Assembly (NCBI GenBank): GCA_964540285.1
Contig: CAZILW010000004.1
Location: 1-47,566, forward strand
Length of the DNA: 47,566 bases
Source of the DNA: an uncultured Gammaproteobacteria bacterium
Lineage (GTDB): Bacteria > Patescibacteriota > Patescibacteriia > Patescibacteriales > UBA12465
Direction of reading: 5' to 3'
Below the pieces are notes generated by a model, which worked only from the letters and a program-made list of their open reading frames with translations, did no database searches and had not been told where the DNA came from. Below are positions 1-8,729 of this stretch, in pieces. A program made the position numbers and the translations under genes. The stretch's first letter is position 1. Each line of letters opens with the position of its first letter.

Positions 1-1
1 G

Positions 2-610
2 CTCGTTTTCGCCGAAGGCGAGAGCGAATTAAAAAATATAGATGAAGGTCCTTCTTTGATCCCGGAGGAGGATCTTTTTCTTTTTCTGAAAGAAAGGGTT
101 GGCAAATTAGATGGTCTGGTTATTTCTGGGGGAGAGCCAACATTACAGACTGATTTAAAAGATTTTATAATTAAAGCTAAAAAACTTGGTTATAAGATTA
201 AATTAGATACTAACGGAACAAATCCTGATAAAGTTTTGGATTTAATAAAGAATAATTTATTAGATTATGTGGCTATGGATTTAAAAGCTCCTCTTGATAA
301 ATATGAGTCAGTAATTGGGGTTAAGACTGATATTGAAAAAATAAAAAAAAGCATAAAAATGCTTATAGAAGGAAATACGCCTTATGAGTTTAGAAGCACC
401 CTGGTTCCTGGTCTGGTTAATGAAGAGGACATTTTGAAAATGTCTAAAGATATTGTCGGAGCTAAGCTTTGGTATTTGCAAAAATTTAAATCAGACGTTA
501 ATTTGGTAAATCAAGATTTTAAAAATAAATCTTCTTTTACTGATATAGAAATGGAGGATTTTTCTAAAATTGCCTCTGGCTTCGTAGAAAAATGTATTTT
601 TAGAAATTAG
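2..610 (+). CDS. nrdG: Anaerobic ribonucleoside-triphosphate reductase activating protein (radical SAM), 5'-truncated by the window edge
   Basis: Motifs VISGGEPTLQ, KIKLDTNGTNP, YVAMDLKAP and YEFRSTLVP are typical of this family. The frame is open from position 2 (LVFAEGESELK...), so the CxxxCxxC motif and true start lie upstream of the window. Confidence 0.88.
   Translation, partial: LVFAEGESELKNIDEGPSLIPEEDLFLFLKERVGKLDGLVISGGEPTLQTDLKDFIIKAKKLGYKIKLDTNGTNPDKVLDLIKNNLLDYVAMDLKAPLDKYESVIGVKTDIEKIKKSIKMLIEGNTPYEFRSTLVPGLVNEEDILKMSKDIVGAKLWYLQKFKSDVNLVNQDFKNKSSFTDIEMEDFSKIASGFVEKCIFRN
3..27 (+). repeat. GC-rich hairpin with C-GAA-G loop inside the activase reading frame
   Basis: TCGTTTTCGCC-GAA-GGCGAGAGCGA forms an 11-bp stem with two G-T pairs. 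Confidence 0.5.
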
Positions 611-620
611 ATTGAACTAT

Positions 621-651
621 AAAAAACACTAAATTATTTTAGTGTTTTTTT
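621..651. terminator. Intrinsic terminator-like hairpin, probably bidirectional
   Basis: AAAAAACACTAAA-TTAT-TTTAGTGTTTTTT just after the nrdG stop. Confidence 0.75.
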
Positions 652-653
652 GT

Positions 654-682
654 TTGATTTTCAAAGTCTATTTTGCTATAAT
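654..682 (+). promoter_or_regulatory. Sigma70-type promoter
   Basis: TTGATT-17nt-TATAAT with an extended -10 (TGCTATAAT), upstream of ORF 750. Confidence 0.55.
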
Positions 683-749
683 CTTACTAGAGATATTGCT
701 GTCTCGGATAATTTTAATTTTATCTCTTTAATTATTATTAATTTAAAGA

Positions 750-1097
750 ATGATGGAAAATAAAGAATACAATAATAATGAAATAAGTGATCTTTTCAAT
801 GAAGAGGATTTTAAGAATAAAAGAAAGGAAGAGGTTGATTTATTTGATTTATTAGAACAGAACATGGAATTGAGTAAAGAAATTTTAGAAATAAGCAGGT
901 ATATAAAAAAATATGTTGTTTTTCAGAGAATAATGACCTTTGTTAAAATTTTTATAATTTTAATTCCAATTTTATTAGCTTTTATTTATTTACCGCCTCT
1001 TTTGCAGGGTCTTGTTGAGCCGTTTAAGTCTGTTATAGGTATTTATACTGGAGCTGAGAGTGGTAATTTGGATGTTTTGCAGAATTTGAATAAATAA
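750..1097 (+). CDS. Hypothetical single-TM membrane protein
   Basis: 115 aa; acidic/coiled-coil N-terminus, then hydrophobic IFIILIPILLAFIYLPPLL. Confidence 0.8.
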   Translation: MMENKEYNNNEISDLFNEEDFKNKRKEEVDLFDLLEQNMELSKEILEISRYIKKYVVFQRIMTFVKIFIILIPILLAFIYLPPLLQGLVEPFKSVIGIYTGAESGNLDVLQNLNK

Positions 1098-1109
1098 TCT
1101 TATAAACAT

Positions 1110-2891
1110 ATGTCTAATAGTGAGGTAATTTTTTTTGGTCAGACAAATTTTAGAAATCAGATGAGAAAGTTTGGTATTAAAACTGACGATCGTCGCCGTC
1201 ATATGTATTTGATTGGAAAAACTGGAATGGGCAAGTCAACTGTTTTAGAAAATATGATTGTTGAAGATATTAGAGCTGGTAGGGGTGTGGCTGTTGTTGA
1301 TCCTCATGGTGATTTAGCTGAAAAGATTATTAAATATATACCATCAGATAGAATCGACGATGTTGTTTATTTTAATCCAGCTGACATGGACTATCCGATA
1401 GCCTTTAACTTGGTTGAACAAGTTGATCCCCATCTTAGACATTTGGTAGCTTCTGGACTTATAGGAGTTTTTCAGAAATTATGGGCTGATTCATGGGGAC
1501 CTCGATTAGAATATATATTAAGAAATGCGATTTTGGCTATTTTAGATTATCCTGGCTCAACGCTTTTAGGTGTTGTTAGAATGTTGTCAGATAAAGTTTA
1601 TAGAAAAAAGGTTGTGGCCAACATTAAAGATCCGGTTGTTAAGTCTTTTTGGGAAAAAGAGTTTGCTGGTTATGCTGACAAATTTGCATCTGAAGCAGTT
1701 TCTCCGATTCAAAATAAGGTTGGACAGTTTTTATCAAGCTCTTTTATGAGAAATATTGTTGGACAAGTTAAATCTTCAATTGACATGAGAAAAATAATGG
1801 ACGAAAAGAAGATTTTAATTATGAACTTAAGTAAGGGAAGAATAGGAGAGGATAACTCTGCCTTGCTTGGTGCCATGATGATTACCAAGATTCAATTAGC
1901 AGCTATGAGTAGGGTTGACATAGATGAAAAAGATAGAAAAGATTTTTATTTATATATTGATGAATTTCAAAATTTTTCTACTGAAAGTTTTGCTAATATT
2001 TTATCGGAGGCTAGGAAGTATAGACTTAATTTAATAATGGCTCATCAATATATTGAGCAGCTCGATGAAAGGGTTAAACCGGCCGTTTTTGGTAACGTTG
2101 GAACAATTATCGTTTTTAGAGTTGGAGCTGCTGATGCGGAGGAATTAGTTAAGGAATTTACTCCTGTTTTTACCGAAGAAGATATTGTTAATTTGCCAAA
2201 ATACGAAATGTATTTAAAATTAATGATTGATGGAGTAGCCTCAGACCCTTTTTCAGCTAAAGGTTTAGCGCCTCTTTTAGAAGAGGAAAAGACTAATAAT
2301 ATAGAAAAAGTAATTTCCAGCTCTAGAGAAAAGTATGCCACTCAAAGGGATATTGTGGAGGAAAGAATTATGCGTTGGCATATGGAAGACGAAGATGAGG
2401 ATCAGGGCAAAGCAAAAAAAGAAAATGAAAGTCAAGAAAGGGTTTTAAATTTTGATAATTCTAAAAATTTTAAAAACAATAAGTTGGAAAATAAAAAAAA
2501 TATTTTTTCTGCTCACTGTTCGGCTTGCGCTAAGGCAGTAGATCTTTCTTTTAAACCTGATGGAGTTCGTCCTGTCTATTGTAAAGATTGTTTGCAAAAA
2601 ATTAAAAATAATAAAAATAAAAAAATTGAGAGCCAAGCCCAACCTCCAAGGACGAAAGAATATTCTAAAAAAGTAGAAGTGGGTGTAAAAAAAAGCATAG
2701 AAAAATCAGAACCAATAGTTAAAGATCTTAGTATAGCGGAAATAAGTTTAGCTGCTTTAAGAGAGGTTAGCCCTGTTAATTTTAAAGGGAAAGAAATAAA
2801 GAATAATAAACAAGAATCTTCAACTACTGATATAACATCCAGCTCTCAAGAGGTTGATTTGGAAGAAGGTAAAGACGTTTCTTTTGATTAA
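1110..2891 (+). CDS. VirD4/TraD-like (HerA-FtsK superfamily) ATPase with C-terminal CxxC-x17-CxxC zinc ribbon
   Basis: Walker A GKTGMGKS, DPHGD, Walker B LYIDEFQNF, SEARKYRL and AHQY. The C-terminal CSAC-AKAVDLSFKPDGVRPVY-CKDC has exactly 17 residues between the pairs. Confidence 0.88.
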   Translation: MSNSEVIFFGQTNFRNQMRKFGIKTDDRRRHMYLIGKTGMGKSTVLENMIVEDIRAGRGVAVVDPHGDLAEKIIKYIPSDRIDDVVYFNPADMDYPIAFNLVEQVDPHLRHLVASGLIGVFQKLWADSWGPRLEYILRNAILAILDYPGSTLLGVVRMLSDKVYRKKVVANIKDPVVKSFWEKEFAGYADKFASEAVSPIQNKVGQFLSSSFMRNIVGQVKSSIDMRKIMDEKKILIMNLSKGRIGEDNSALLGAMMITKIQLAAMSRVDIDEKDRKDFYLYIDEFQNFSTESFANILSEARKYRLNLIMAHQYIEQLDERVKPAVFGNVGTIIVFRVGAADAEELVKEFTPVFTEEDIVNLPKYEMYLKLMIDGVASDPFSAKGLAPLLEEEKTNNIEKVISSSREKYATQRDIVEERIMRWHMEDEDEDQGKAKKENESQERVLNFDNSKNFKNNKLENKKNIFSAHCSACAKAVDLSFKPDGVRPVYCKDCLQKIKNNKNKKIESQAQPPRTKEYSKKVEVGVKKSIEKSEPIVKDLSIAEISLAALREVSPVNFKGKEIKNNKQESSTTDITSSSQEVDLEEGKDVSFD

Positions 2892-2899
2892 TTGTATTT

Positions 2900-4474
2900 A
2901 TGAATTACTTAAAAGTAGCTAAAGCCACAGAACTTTATGGTCGTGACAAAAAGATTTATAGACTATTGGAGATTTTACCAGGAGCATTGTCGGTTGGTAG
3001 TTTATTAATTTTGATCATATTTTCTTTTGTTAAGCCAGTTTGGGTGGCTTATTTTTTAATTGCCTTTAATGTTTATTGGCTTTTACAGGTTATTTTTTTG
3101 GGAGTTTATTTGCTGGCCTCTTATAGTAAATTAAAAAATAATAGAAAAATAGATTGGCAAAAAAAATGTGAGGAAATAGATAGCGATGTTGAGTTTCTGC
3201 CAAATAATTCTCTAGCTAAGAAGGGAATGCGATTAGAAGATATTATTCATTTAATAATTCTTCCAACATATAATGAAGACATTGAAATTATTAGAACCTG
3301 TTTTTTGGGATTGGTTAACAATAATTATCCAACAGAAAAAATGATTGTAGTTTTGGCTATTGAGGAAAGGGCTGGAGAAGAGGCTTTGTTTAGAGCTAAA
3401 AGTATTGAAAAGGAGTTTTCAGAAAAATTTAGAAATTTCGCTTTTTTTGTTCATCCTGACAATATTGAAGGGGAGTTAAAAGGAAAGGGGGCTAATCAAT
3501 CTTATGCCGGAAAAATGGCTAAAAAAGAGATAATTGACAGAGAAGGGCTTGATTATGAGAAGATAGTTGTTAGCGTTTTTGACATCGACACAATTGCTTC
3601 TCCTGGTTATTTTCACTGTTTAAGTTATAAATTTTTGACCGTTGAAAAACCTTATAACGCTAGCTATCAACCAATTCCTGTTTATCATAATAATATTTGG
3701 CAAACACCTTTCTTTGCTAGAGTTTCCTCAGCCTCTAATACTTTTTGGCAAATGATGCAACAGATTAGACCAGAAAAATTAGCCACTTATTCTTCTCATT
3801 CCATGACTTTTAAGGCTTTAGTGGATATTGGTTTTTGGGCGCCGAATATGGTCAGTGAAGATTCTAGAATTTTTTGGCATTGTTTTTTGCATTATAATGG
3901 AGATTATAGAGTAGAGCCCTTATATTTTCCAGTTTCAATGGATGCTACTTGTGATAAAAATTTTTGGCAAACAATTAAAAGTTTATATAAACAACAAAGA
4001 AGATGGGCCTGGGGCAGTGAAAACGTTCCTTATTTAATCTTTAATGTTATTAAAAGATGGTCTCAACTTAAAATTAAAAAAGGCCAAACATTAAGGCATA
4101 TTTGGATTCAAATTTATGGATTTCATTCTTGGGCTACAAGCGCTTTAATTTTAGGGGTGATTGGTTGGTTTCCTATAATTTTTGGAGGTAGTAAATTTAA
4201 CGATAGTGTTGTTTTTTTAAATCTTCCAACAACTACTCAAAGATTAATGACTTTGGCGATGAGCGGTTTGGTTTTAACATCTATCTTGTCTTCAATAATG
4301 CTACCTAAAAGACCAAAGAATTTTGGTTTTATAAATAATTTAAAATTAGTTGTTGAGTGGATATTTGTTCCAATATCTGTTATTGTGTTTGGGGCAATCC
4401 CTTGTCTTGATGCTCAAATAAGGTTGATGATGGGTAAATATATGGGGTTTTGGGTAACTCCTAAAAATCGTTAG
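2900..4474 (+). CDS. Membrane-embedded family 2 glycosyltransferase
   Basis: LPTYNE, KGKGAN, DID (DxD), SED and QQRRW processive GT2 motifs, with TM helices at both ends. Confidence 0.88.
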   Translation: MNYLKVAKATELYGRDKKIYRLLEILPGALSVGSLLILIIFSFVKPVWVAYFLIAFNVYWLLQVIFLGVYLLASYSKLKNNRKIDWQKKCEEIDSDVEFLPNNSLAKKGMRLEDIIHLIILPTYNEDIEIIRTCFLGLVNNNYPTEKMIVVLAIEERAGEEALFRAKSIEKEFSEKFRNFAFFVHPDNIEGELKGKGANQSYAGKMAKKEIIDREGLDYEKIVVSVFDIDTIASPGYFHCLSYKFLTVEKPYNASYQPIPVYHNNIWQTPFFARVSSASNTFWQMMQQIRPEKLATYSSHSMTFKALVDIGFWAPNMVSEDSRIFWHCFLHYNGDYRVEPLYFPVSMDATCDKNFWQTIKSLYKQQRRWAWGSENVPYLIFNVIKRWSQLKIKKGQTLRHIWIQIYGFHSWATSALILGVIGWFPIIFGGSKFNDSVVFLNLPTTTQRLMTLAMSGLVLTSILSSIMLPKRPKNFGFINNLKLVVEWIFVPISVIVFGAIPCLDAQIRLMMGKYMGFWVTPKNR

Positions 4475-4487
4475 AATTGAAAAATTT

Positions 4488-4934
4488 ATGTCAAAAAAAT
4501 ATAACCTTAGTCCAACTGATAGACTTAATTATGTACATAAGGGCAAAGTTGCCCCAGTCAGTCGTTTTAGTTTTGTCAAAAAATTTTTATCAACATTTTT
4601 TCTTTTGTTTATTTTGTTTTTAATTTTAATTCCTTATTACAATCGTTTAAATAGAAAAAAATTAATAGATGAGGAAATTAGAAAAGAAAAAGAAAATATT
4701 AGTCGTTATGAAAAAAATAACGAAGATTTGCAAGTTTTAATTTCTTATTTAAATTCTGATCAGGCAGCAGAAGAGAATGCTCGAATTAATTTTGGTTTAC
4801 AAAAGGAGGGCGAAACTGTTGTGGTTGTTAAAATTCCCTCAAAGAATGAGTCAGAAATTTTAAATAATGAAAAAAAAGCTGAAACAACGAACTCTTGCTT
4901 TAAGAAGTGGTATGATTATTTTTTTAAAAAATAG
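4488..4934 (+). CDS. Septum formation initiator family protein (FtsB/DivIC-like)
   Basis: One TM segment, a coiled coil, then EENARINFGLQKEGETVVVV resembling the DivIC signature. Confidence 0.75.
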   Translation: MSKKYNLSPTDRLNYVHKGKVAPVSRFSFVKKFLSTFFLLFILFLILIPYYNRLNRKKLIDEEIRKEKENISRYEKNNEDLQVLISYLNSDQAAEENARINFGLQKEGETVVVVKIPSKNESEILNNEKKAETTNSCFKKWYDYFFKK

Positions 4935-4936
4935 AA

Positions 4937-5009
4937 GCCTCTTTAGCTCAGCTGGTCAGAGTAGTGGTATCGTAAACCATTGACGCCAGTTCAAATCTGG
5001 CAAGAGGCT
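4937..5009 (+). tRNA. tRNA-Thr(CGT)
   Basis: Acceptor GCCTCTT/AAGAGGC, D arm GCTC/GAGT, anticodon arm GTGGT-ATCGTAA-ACCAT, T arm GCCAG-TTCAAAT-CTGGC. CCA is not encoded. Confidence 0.9.
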
Positions 5010-5028
5010 CATAATTAATTTATTGTTT

Positions 5029-6723
5029 ATGTTTAATAAGTTTAAAAATTTTTTTTATTTTTTATTAATTATTTTTTTTGTACCATTATTGCTTAAAGCT
5101 GAAAATTTAAGTGAGAATGTTGCTTTCGATGACCAGATAACTGAAGCGTCAACAGAGATTATTGTTGTTGAAGATAATCAAGAAAATACAAAAGAAATAA
5201 TTACAGAGAAAAAGCAATTTAGTATTTATTTAGATCATAAGACAATTTTAAGAGGCTATACTGTAAGCGCCTTTGATGATTATATTAAACTCTCTTTAGT
5301 TCCGGGTATATTAGATGATAGTACTGGAGTTTTAATTGAAGAGATTTTAGAAAATGAAATGACGTTTCCCTGGAGTTTAAAAAAAATAAGTTCTGTTGTT
5401 CAGTTTGAGTTTGTTAATAAAAAAGCTTACGACAATCATAAGCCCTTTTATATTCAGCTTGATTATGACGAAGAGAATCAAGATTATAAACAAGTATTTT
5501 TTTATGATAAAGGCCAAAATTTATGGAGACCTCTTCCTACAAAGGATTATCCAGATGAGAGGTTCGTTAGGTCATTGATTCATCTACCTTATGCTCGCTT
5601 AGCCGTCTTTTCTTATCCTGGTGTTGAAATTTCCGGAAAGGCCAGTTGGTATAAGTTTAAGGGCGGAAATTTTACAGCCTCAACTGTTTATCCTAAGGGC
5701 TCGGTTTTAAGGGTTTATAATAAAGAAAATAAGAAATATGTAGATGTTGTTGTTAATGATTTCGGACCAGAGAGAGATAAGTTTCCAGACAGAGTTCTTG
5801 ACTTGGACTACGAAGCTTTTAAAAAAATTGCTAGCAAAGGAGCTGGTGTTATAGATGTTTTTATTGAACCTATTAATATTCCCAAAGATTCTTTTGGAAG
5901 AATTTTGGGTGTTGGTTCTGGTGTTAATGATTATCCAGAAATAAATTCTGTCTCAGCTTTTTTGATCGACGAAGAAAATGAAAGAGTTGTTTTTGAAAAA
6001 AATGCCGATAAAGTAATGCCAGTGGCCAGCTTAAGCAAATTACTATCAGTTTTAACTTTTCTTTCAATCGGCAATAATGAGAATCGATTTGAGGAAATAG
6101 TAAAATATAGCATTCAAGACGAGGAATATAATCATCAATATTTTAATAAATGGCAAGTAGCTAGAATAAATTTAAGCGGAGGCGATGAACTGTCGATTAA
6201 AGATATTATTTATTCATCTTTGGTTAGGTCGGCCAACAATGTAGTTGAAACAATGGCAAGAATTAGTGGTTTAAAAAGAGATGATTTTATTAAAAAAATG
6301 AATAGCATAATAGAGGATTTAGATTTAAAGTCTTCAAAATTTTTTGAGCCTACTGGTTTAGATAAAAAAAATGTTAGTACTGCTAGAGAATTTTCTGTTA
6401 TAGCTAGGTCAGCTTTTGAGAAAAAAATAATTTCTGAAGCTAGTGTGGCAAAAAATTATAGATTTTTTACTAGAAATGACAATAGTTTAAAATTACGTTA
6501 TAATAGTAGTGATTTGGTTTTAAATAATAATTATTCAGGGTTTAAAATTATTGGTTCTAAAACTGGTTATATTGATAGTTCTTCTGGTTATTGCCTGGTT
6601 ACTAGAATAGATGTTGAGGGAAAAAAATATACAGCCGTAATCTTAAATTCTTTATCTCGTGAGCAAAGCTTTAAAGAAATGCTAGATCTCTTAAACTTCG
6701 CTGTTTTTGATTCTAAAAAATAA
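5029..6723 (+). CDS. Exported fusion: RlpA-like double-psi beta-barrel plus S11 D-Ala-D-Ala carboxypeptidase domain
   Basis: Signal/TM N-terminus. GKASWY...VVVNDFGP...RVLDLDYEAFKKIA is RlpA-like. ASLSK (SxxK), SAN (SxN) and KTG are PBP motifs. An in-frame TTG at 5023 is an alternative start. Confidence 0.85.
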   Translation: MFNKFKNFFYFLLIIFFVPLLLKAENLSENVAFDDQITEASTEIIVVEDNQENTKEIITEKKQFSIYLDHKTILRGYTVSAFDDYIKLSLVPGILDDSTGVLIEEILENEMTFPWSLKKISSVVQFEFVNKKAYDNHKPFYIQLDYDEENQDYKQVFFYDKGQNLWRPLPTKDYPDERFVRSLIHLPYARLAVFSYPGVEISGKASWYKFKGGNFTASTVYPKGSVLRVYNKENKKYVDVVVNDFGPERDKFPDRVLDLDYEAFKKIASKGAGVIDVFIEPINIPKDSFGRILGVGSGVNDYPEINSVSAFLIDEENERVVFEKNADKVMPVASLSKLLSVLTFLSIGNNENRFEEIVKYSIQDEEYNHQYFNKWQVARINLSGGDELSIKDIIYSSLVRSANNVVETMARISGLKRDDFIKKMNSIIEDLDLKSSKFFEPTGLDKKNVSTAREFSVIARSAFEKKIISEASVAKNYRFFTRNDNSLKLRYNSSDLVLNNNYSGFKIIGSKTGYIDSSSGYCLVTRIDVEGKKYTAVILNSLSREQSFKEMLDLLNFAVFDSKK

Positions 6724-6726
6724 TTT

Positions 6727-7407
6727 ATGATTAAATTAATAGACGTAAGTAAAGTTTATAAAAACAAATTTAAAGTTTTAGATGGAATAAATTTATCTAT
6801 TAAGGCTGGAGAATTTGTTTCTTTGGTTGGTCAGTCAGGAACAGGAAAAACCACCTTGGTAAAAATTTTAACAGGAGAAGAGAGGGCAAGCTCTGGAAAG
6901 GTTTGGATTGGAGATTGGGATATTACTAAGATTGGTAAATCTGAAATTCCTTATTTACGTCGTCAAATCGGAGTTATTTTTCAAGATTTTAAATTATTAA
7001 AGAAGAAAACTTTAGGAGAGAATATTTCTTTTGCTTTGCAGGTATGTGGTAAAAGTTCCAGTAAAATAAAAAAAATAGTTCCAAGTGTTATGAAAATTGT
7101 TGGTTTGGCTGGTAAAGAAAATAGATATCCCAACGAAGTTTCTGGCGGGGAACAACAAAGAGCGGCTATCGCCAGGGCACTAGTTCATCAACCAAAAATA
7201 CTTTTAGCCGATGAGCCTACTGGAAACTTAGACGCTATTAATACTAAGGAAATAATTGATCTTCTTTTAAAAATTAATAATTTCGGAACCACAGTTATTT
7301 TAGTTAGTCATAACAGAGAGGTCGTTAATAATTTAAATCGTCGAGTTATAACTATTGATGAGGGAAGAATAGTCAGTGACAGATCTCGAGGAAAATATAT
7401 AATTTAA
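6727..7407 (+). CDS. ftsE: Cell division ATP-binding protein FtsE
   Basis: GQSGTGKT, IPYLRRQIGVIFQDFKLL, SGGEQQR and ADEPTGNLD; adjacent to ftsX. Confidence 0.92.
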   Translation: MIKLIDVSKVYKNKFKVLDGINLSIKAGEFVSLVGQSGTGKTTLVKILTGEERASSGKVWIGDWDITKIGKSEIPYLRRQIGVIFQDFKLLKKKTLGENISFALQVCGKSSSKIKKIVPSVMKIVGLAGKENRYPNEVSGGEQQRAAIARALVHQPKILLADEPTGNLDAINTKEIIDLLLKINNFGTTVILVSHNREVVNNLNRRVITIDEGRIVSDRSRGKYII

Positions 7408-7412
7408 AAAAT

Positions 7413-8324
7413 ATGTTGTTATCTTTTTTAAGAATATTAAAATTTAGTTTGCAGGATATAAGTAGAAATATTTGGTTGTCGGTGGTCACTGTTACAATCT
7501 TAATTTTATCAATGCTATCTATTAATACTTTGATTTTGCTTAGAGCAATTAGCGATAATGCTGTAGTGGCTATAAAAGAAAAAATAGATTTAAGTCTTTA
7601 TTTAAAGCCAGACTCGCCAGAATCAGAAATTTTAGAACTGAAAAATAGAATAAATTCAATGGAGAGGGTTAGGCTGGTAAAATACACATCAAAACAAGAA
7701 GCCTTGAACTTTTTTAGAGATAAAAATAAAAACAACCCAGAAATATTGCAGGCTATTTTAGAATTAGGTAAAAACCCTCTATCCCCTAGCTTGGTTATTG
7801 TTCCAGAGGACGTTGAAATGATCCCCGATTTAATAGAGGAGCTTAGAGCAATTGATAGTAATATCATAGAATCTAGAGATTTTTCTGACAATAGAATTTT
7901 ACTGGAAAAGATTAATACAATCACCGACAGAATTAGTGATGTTGGTTTTTTTATTATTTTGGTTTTTATTATAACCAGTTTATTGGTTGTTTATAATTCA
8001 ATTAAAGTTGCTGTTTATACTCAAAAAAGAGAAATTGAAATAATGCGTTTGGTGGGAGCTTCAAATTCCTTTATTTATTTGCCGTTTTTATTTTCAGCTG
8101 TAATTTATACTTTAATGGCAACTCTAATAATGATTTCGGTTTCCTTTCCTTTGTTAGGGATTTTGCAACCGTATTTAGAATTGTTTTTTGTTGATTATAA
8201 TATTAATGTTGTTAGTTATTTTGTAGAAAATGTTTGGTTTATTTTTGGCTGGCAGTTTATAGGAATTTCTGTGGTTAATGTTTTAGCCAGTTATTTGGCC
8301 GTCAGTAAATATGCTAAGGTTTAA
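7413..8324 (+). CDS. ftsX: Cell division permease FtsX
   Basis: Four-TM layout with NPL and EIEIMRLVGAS motifs; follows ftsE. Confidence 0.92.
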   Translation: MLLSFLRILKFSLQDISRNIWLSVVTVTILILSMLSINTLILLRAISDNAVVAIKEKIDLSLYLKPDSPESEILELKNRINSMERVRLVKYTSKQEALNFFRDKNKNNPEILQAILELGKNPLSPSLVIVPEDVEMIPDLIEELRAIDSNIIESRDFSDNRILLEKINTITDRISDVGFFIILVFIITSLLVVYNSIKVAVYTQKREIEIMRLVGASNSFIYLPFLFSAVIYTLMATLIMISVSFPLLGILQPYLELFFVDYNINVVSYFVENVWFIFGWQFIGISVVNVLASYLAVSKYAKV

Positions 8325-8380
8325 TTTTGCTTGACTTGTTTTTAATTATTATTTATTATAATTTTGTTAATATAATACAT

Positions 8381-8451
8381 TCGGGGATCGTCTAATGGTA
8401 GGACTCCAGGTTTTGGTCCTGGCTATCGGGGTTCGAATCCCTGTCCCCGAG
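8381..8451 (+). tRNA. tRNA-Gln(TTG)
   Basis: Acceptor TCGGGGA/TCCCCGA, anticodon arm CCAGG-TTTTGGT-CCTGG, T arm CGGGG-TTCGAAT-CCCTG. CCA is not encoded. Confidence 0.95.
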
Positions 8452-8656
8452 CGAAGAAAAAAATACAGCTTATGCTGTATTTTTTGATGAGCGAAGGGGA
8501 AGCGAAGTGCCTGCGCACTTCGCGTCAGGGATGAGAAAGCCGGAGCCATGTGCACGAAGTGCACGGGCGAGGCCAGGCCAGAGCGCTTAGTGAGCGACGA
8601 GCGTTAGCGAGGAAGCGAGACTTAGCGACGCGTGGCCGAATCCCTGTCCCCGAGCA
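8445..8656 (+). repeat. tRNA-linked GC-rich multi-hairpin element, copy 1
   Basis: 8445-8602 is identical to 10206-10363, and 8612-8656 to 10406-10450. It ends with an exact 19-nt copy of the tRNA-Gln 3' end (8637-8655 = 8434-8452). Confidence 0.92.
8458..8485. terminator. Terminator hairpin after tRNA-Gln (repeated at 10219-10246)
   Basis: AAAAAATACAGC-TTAT-GCTGTATTTTTT. Confidence 0.8.
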
Positions 8657-8661
8657 AATCT

Positions 8662-8691
8662 CAAAAACACCTTATTTTACAGGTGTTTTTG
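8662..8691. terminator. Terminator hairpin after the second tRNA 3'-end copy
   Basis: CAAAAACACCT-8nt-AGGTGTTTTTG. Confidence 0.7.
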
Positions 8692-8729
8692 TATATATTT
8701 TGGTTCGAATCCTTGTTTAGTAATATAAT

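Noticed and set aside
8367-8564. 65-aa minus-strand ORF (and the 62-aa ORF at 8632-8820)
   Set aside because: These overlap tRNA-Gln or the GC-rich element and are open by chance.
8637-8716. A second or split tRNA-Gln gene, or a tRNA intron
   Set aside because: Only T-arm and acceptor fragments are present, and the tRNA at 8381-8451 is already complete.
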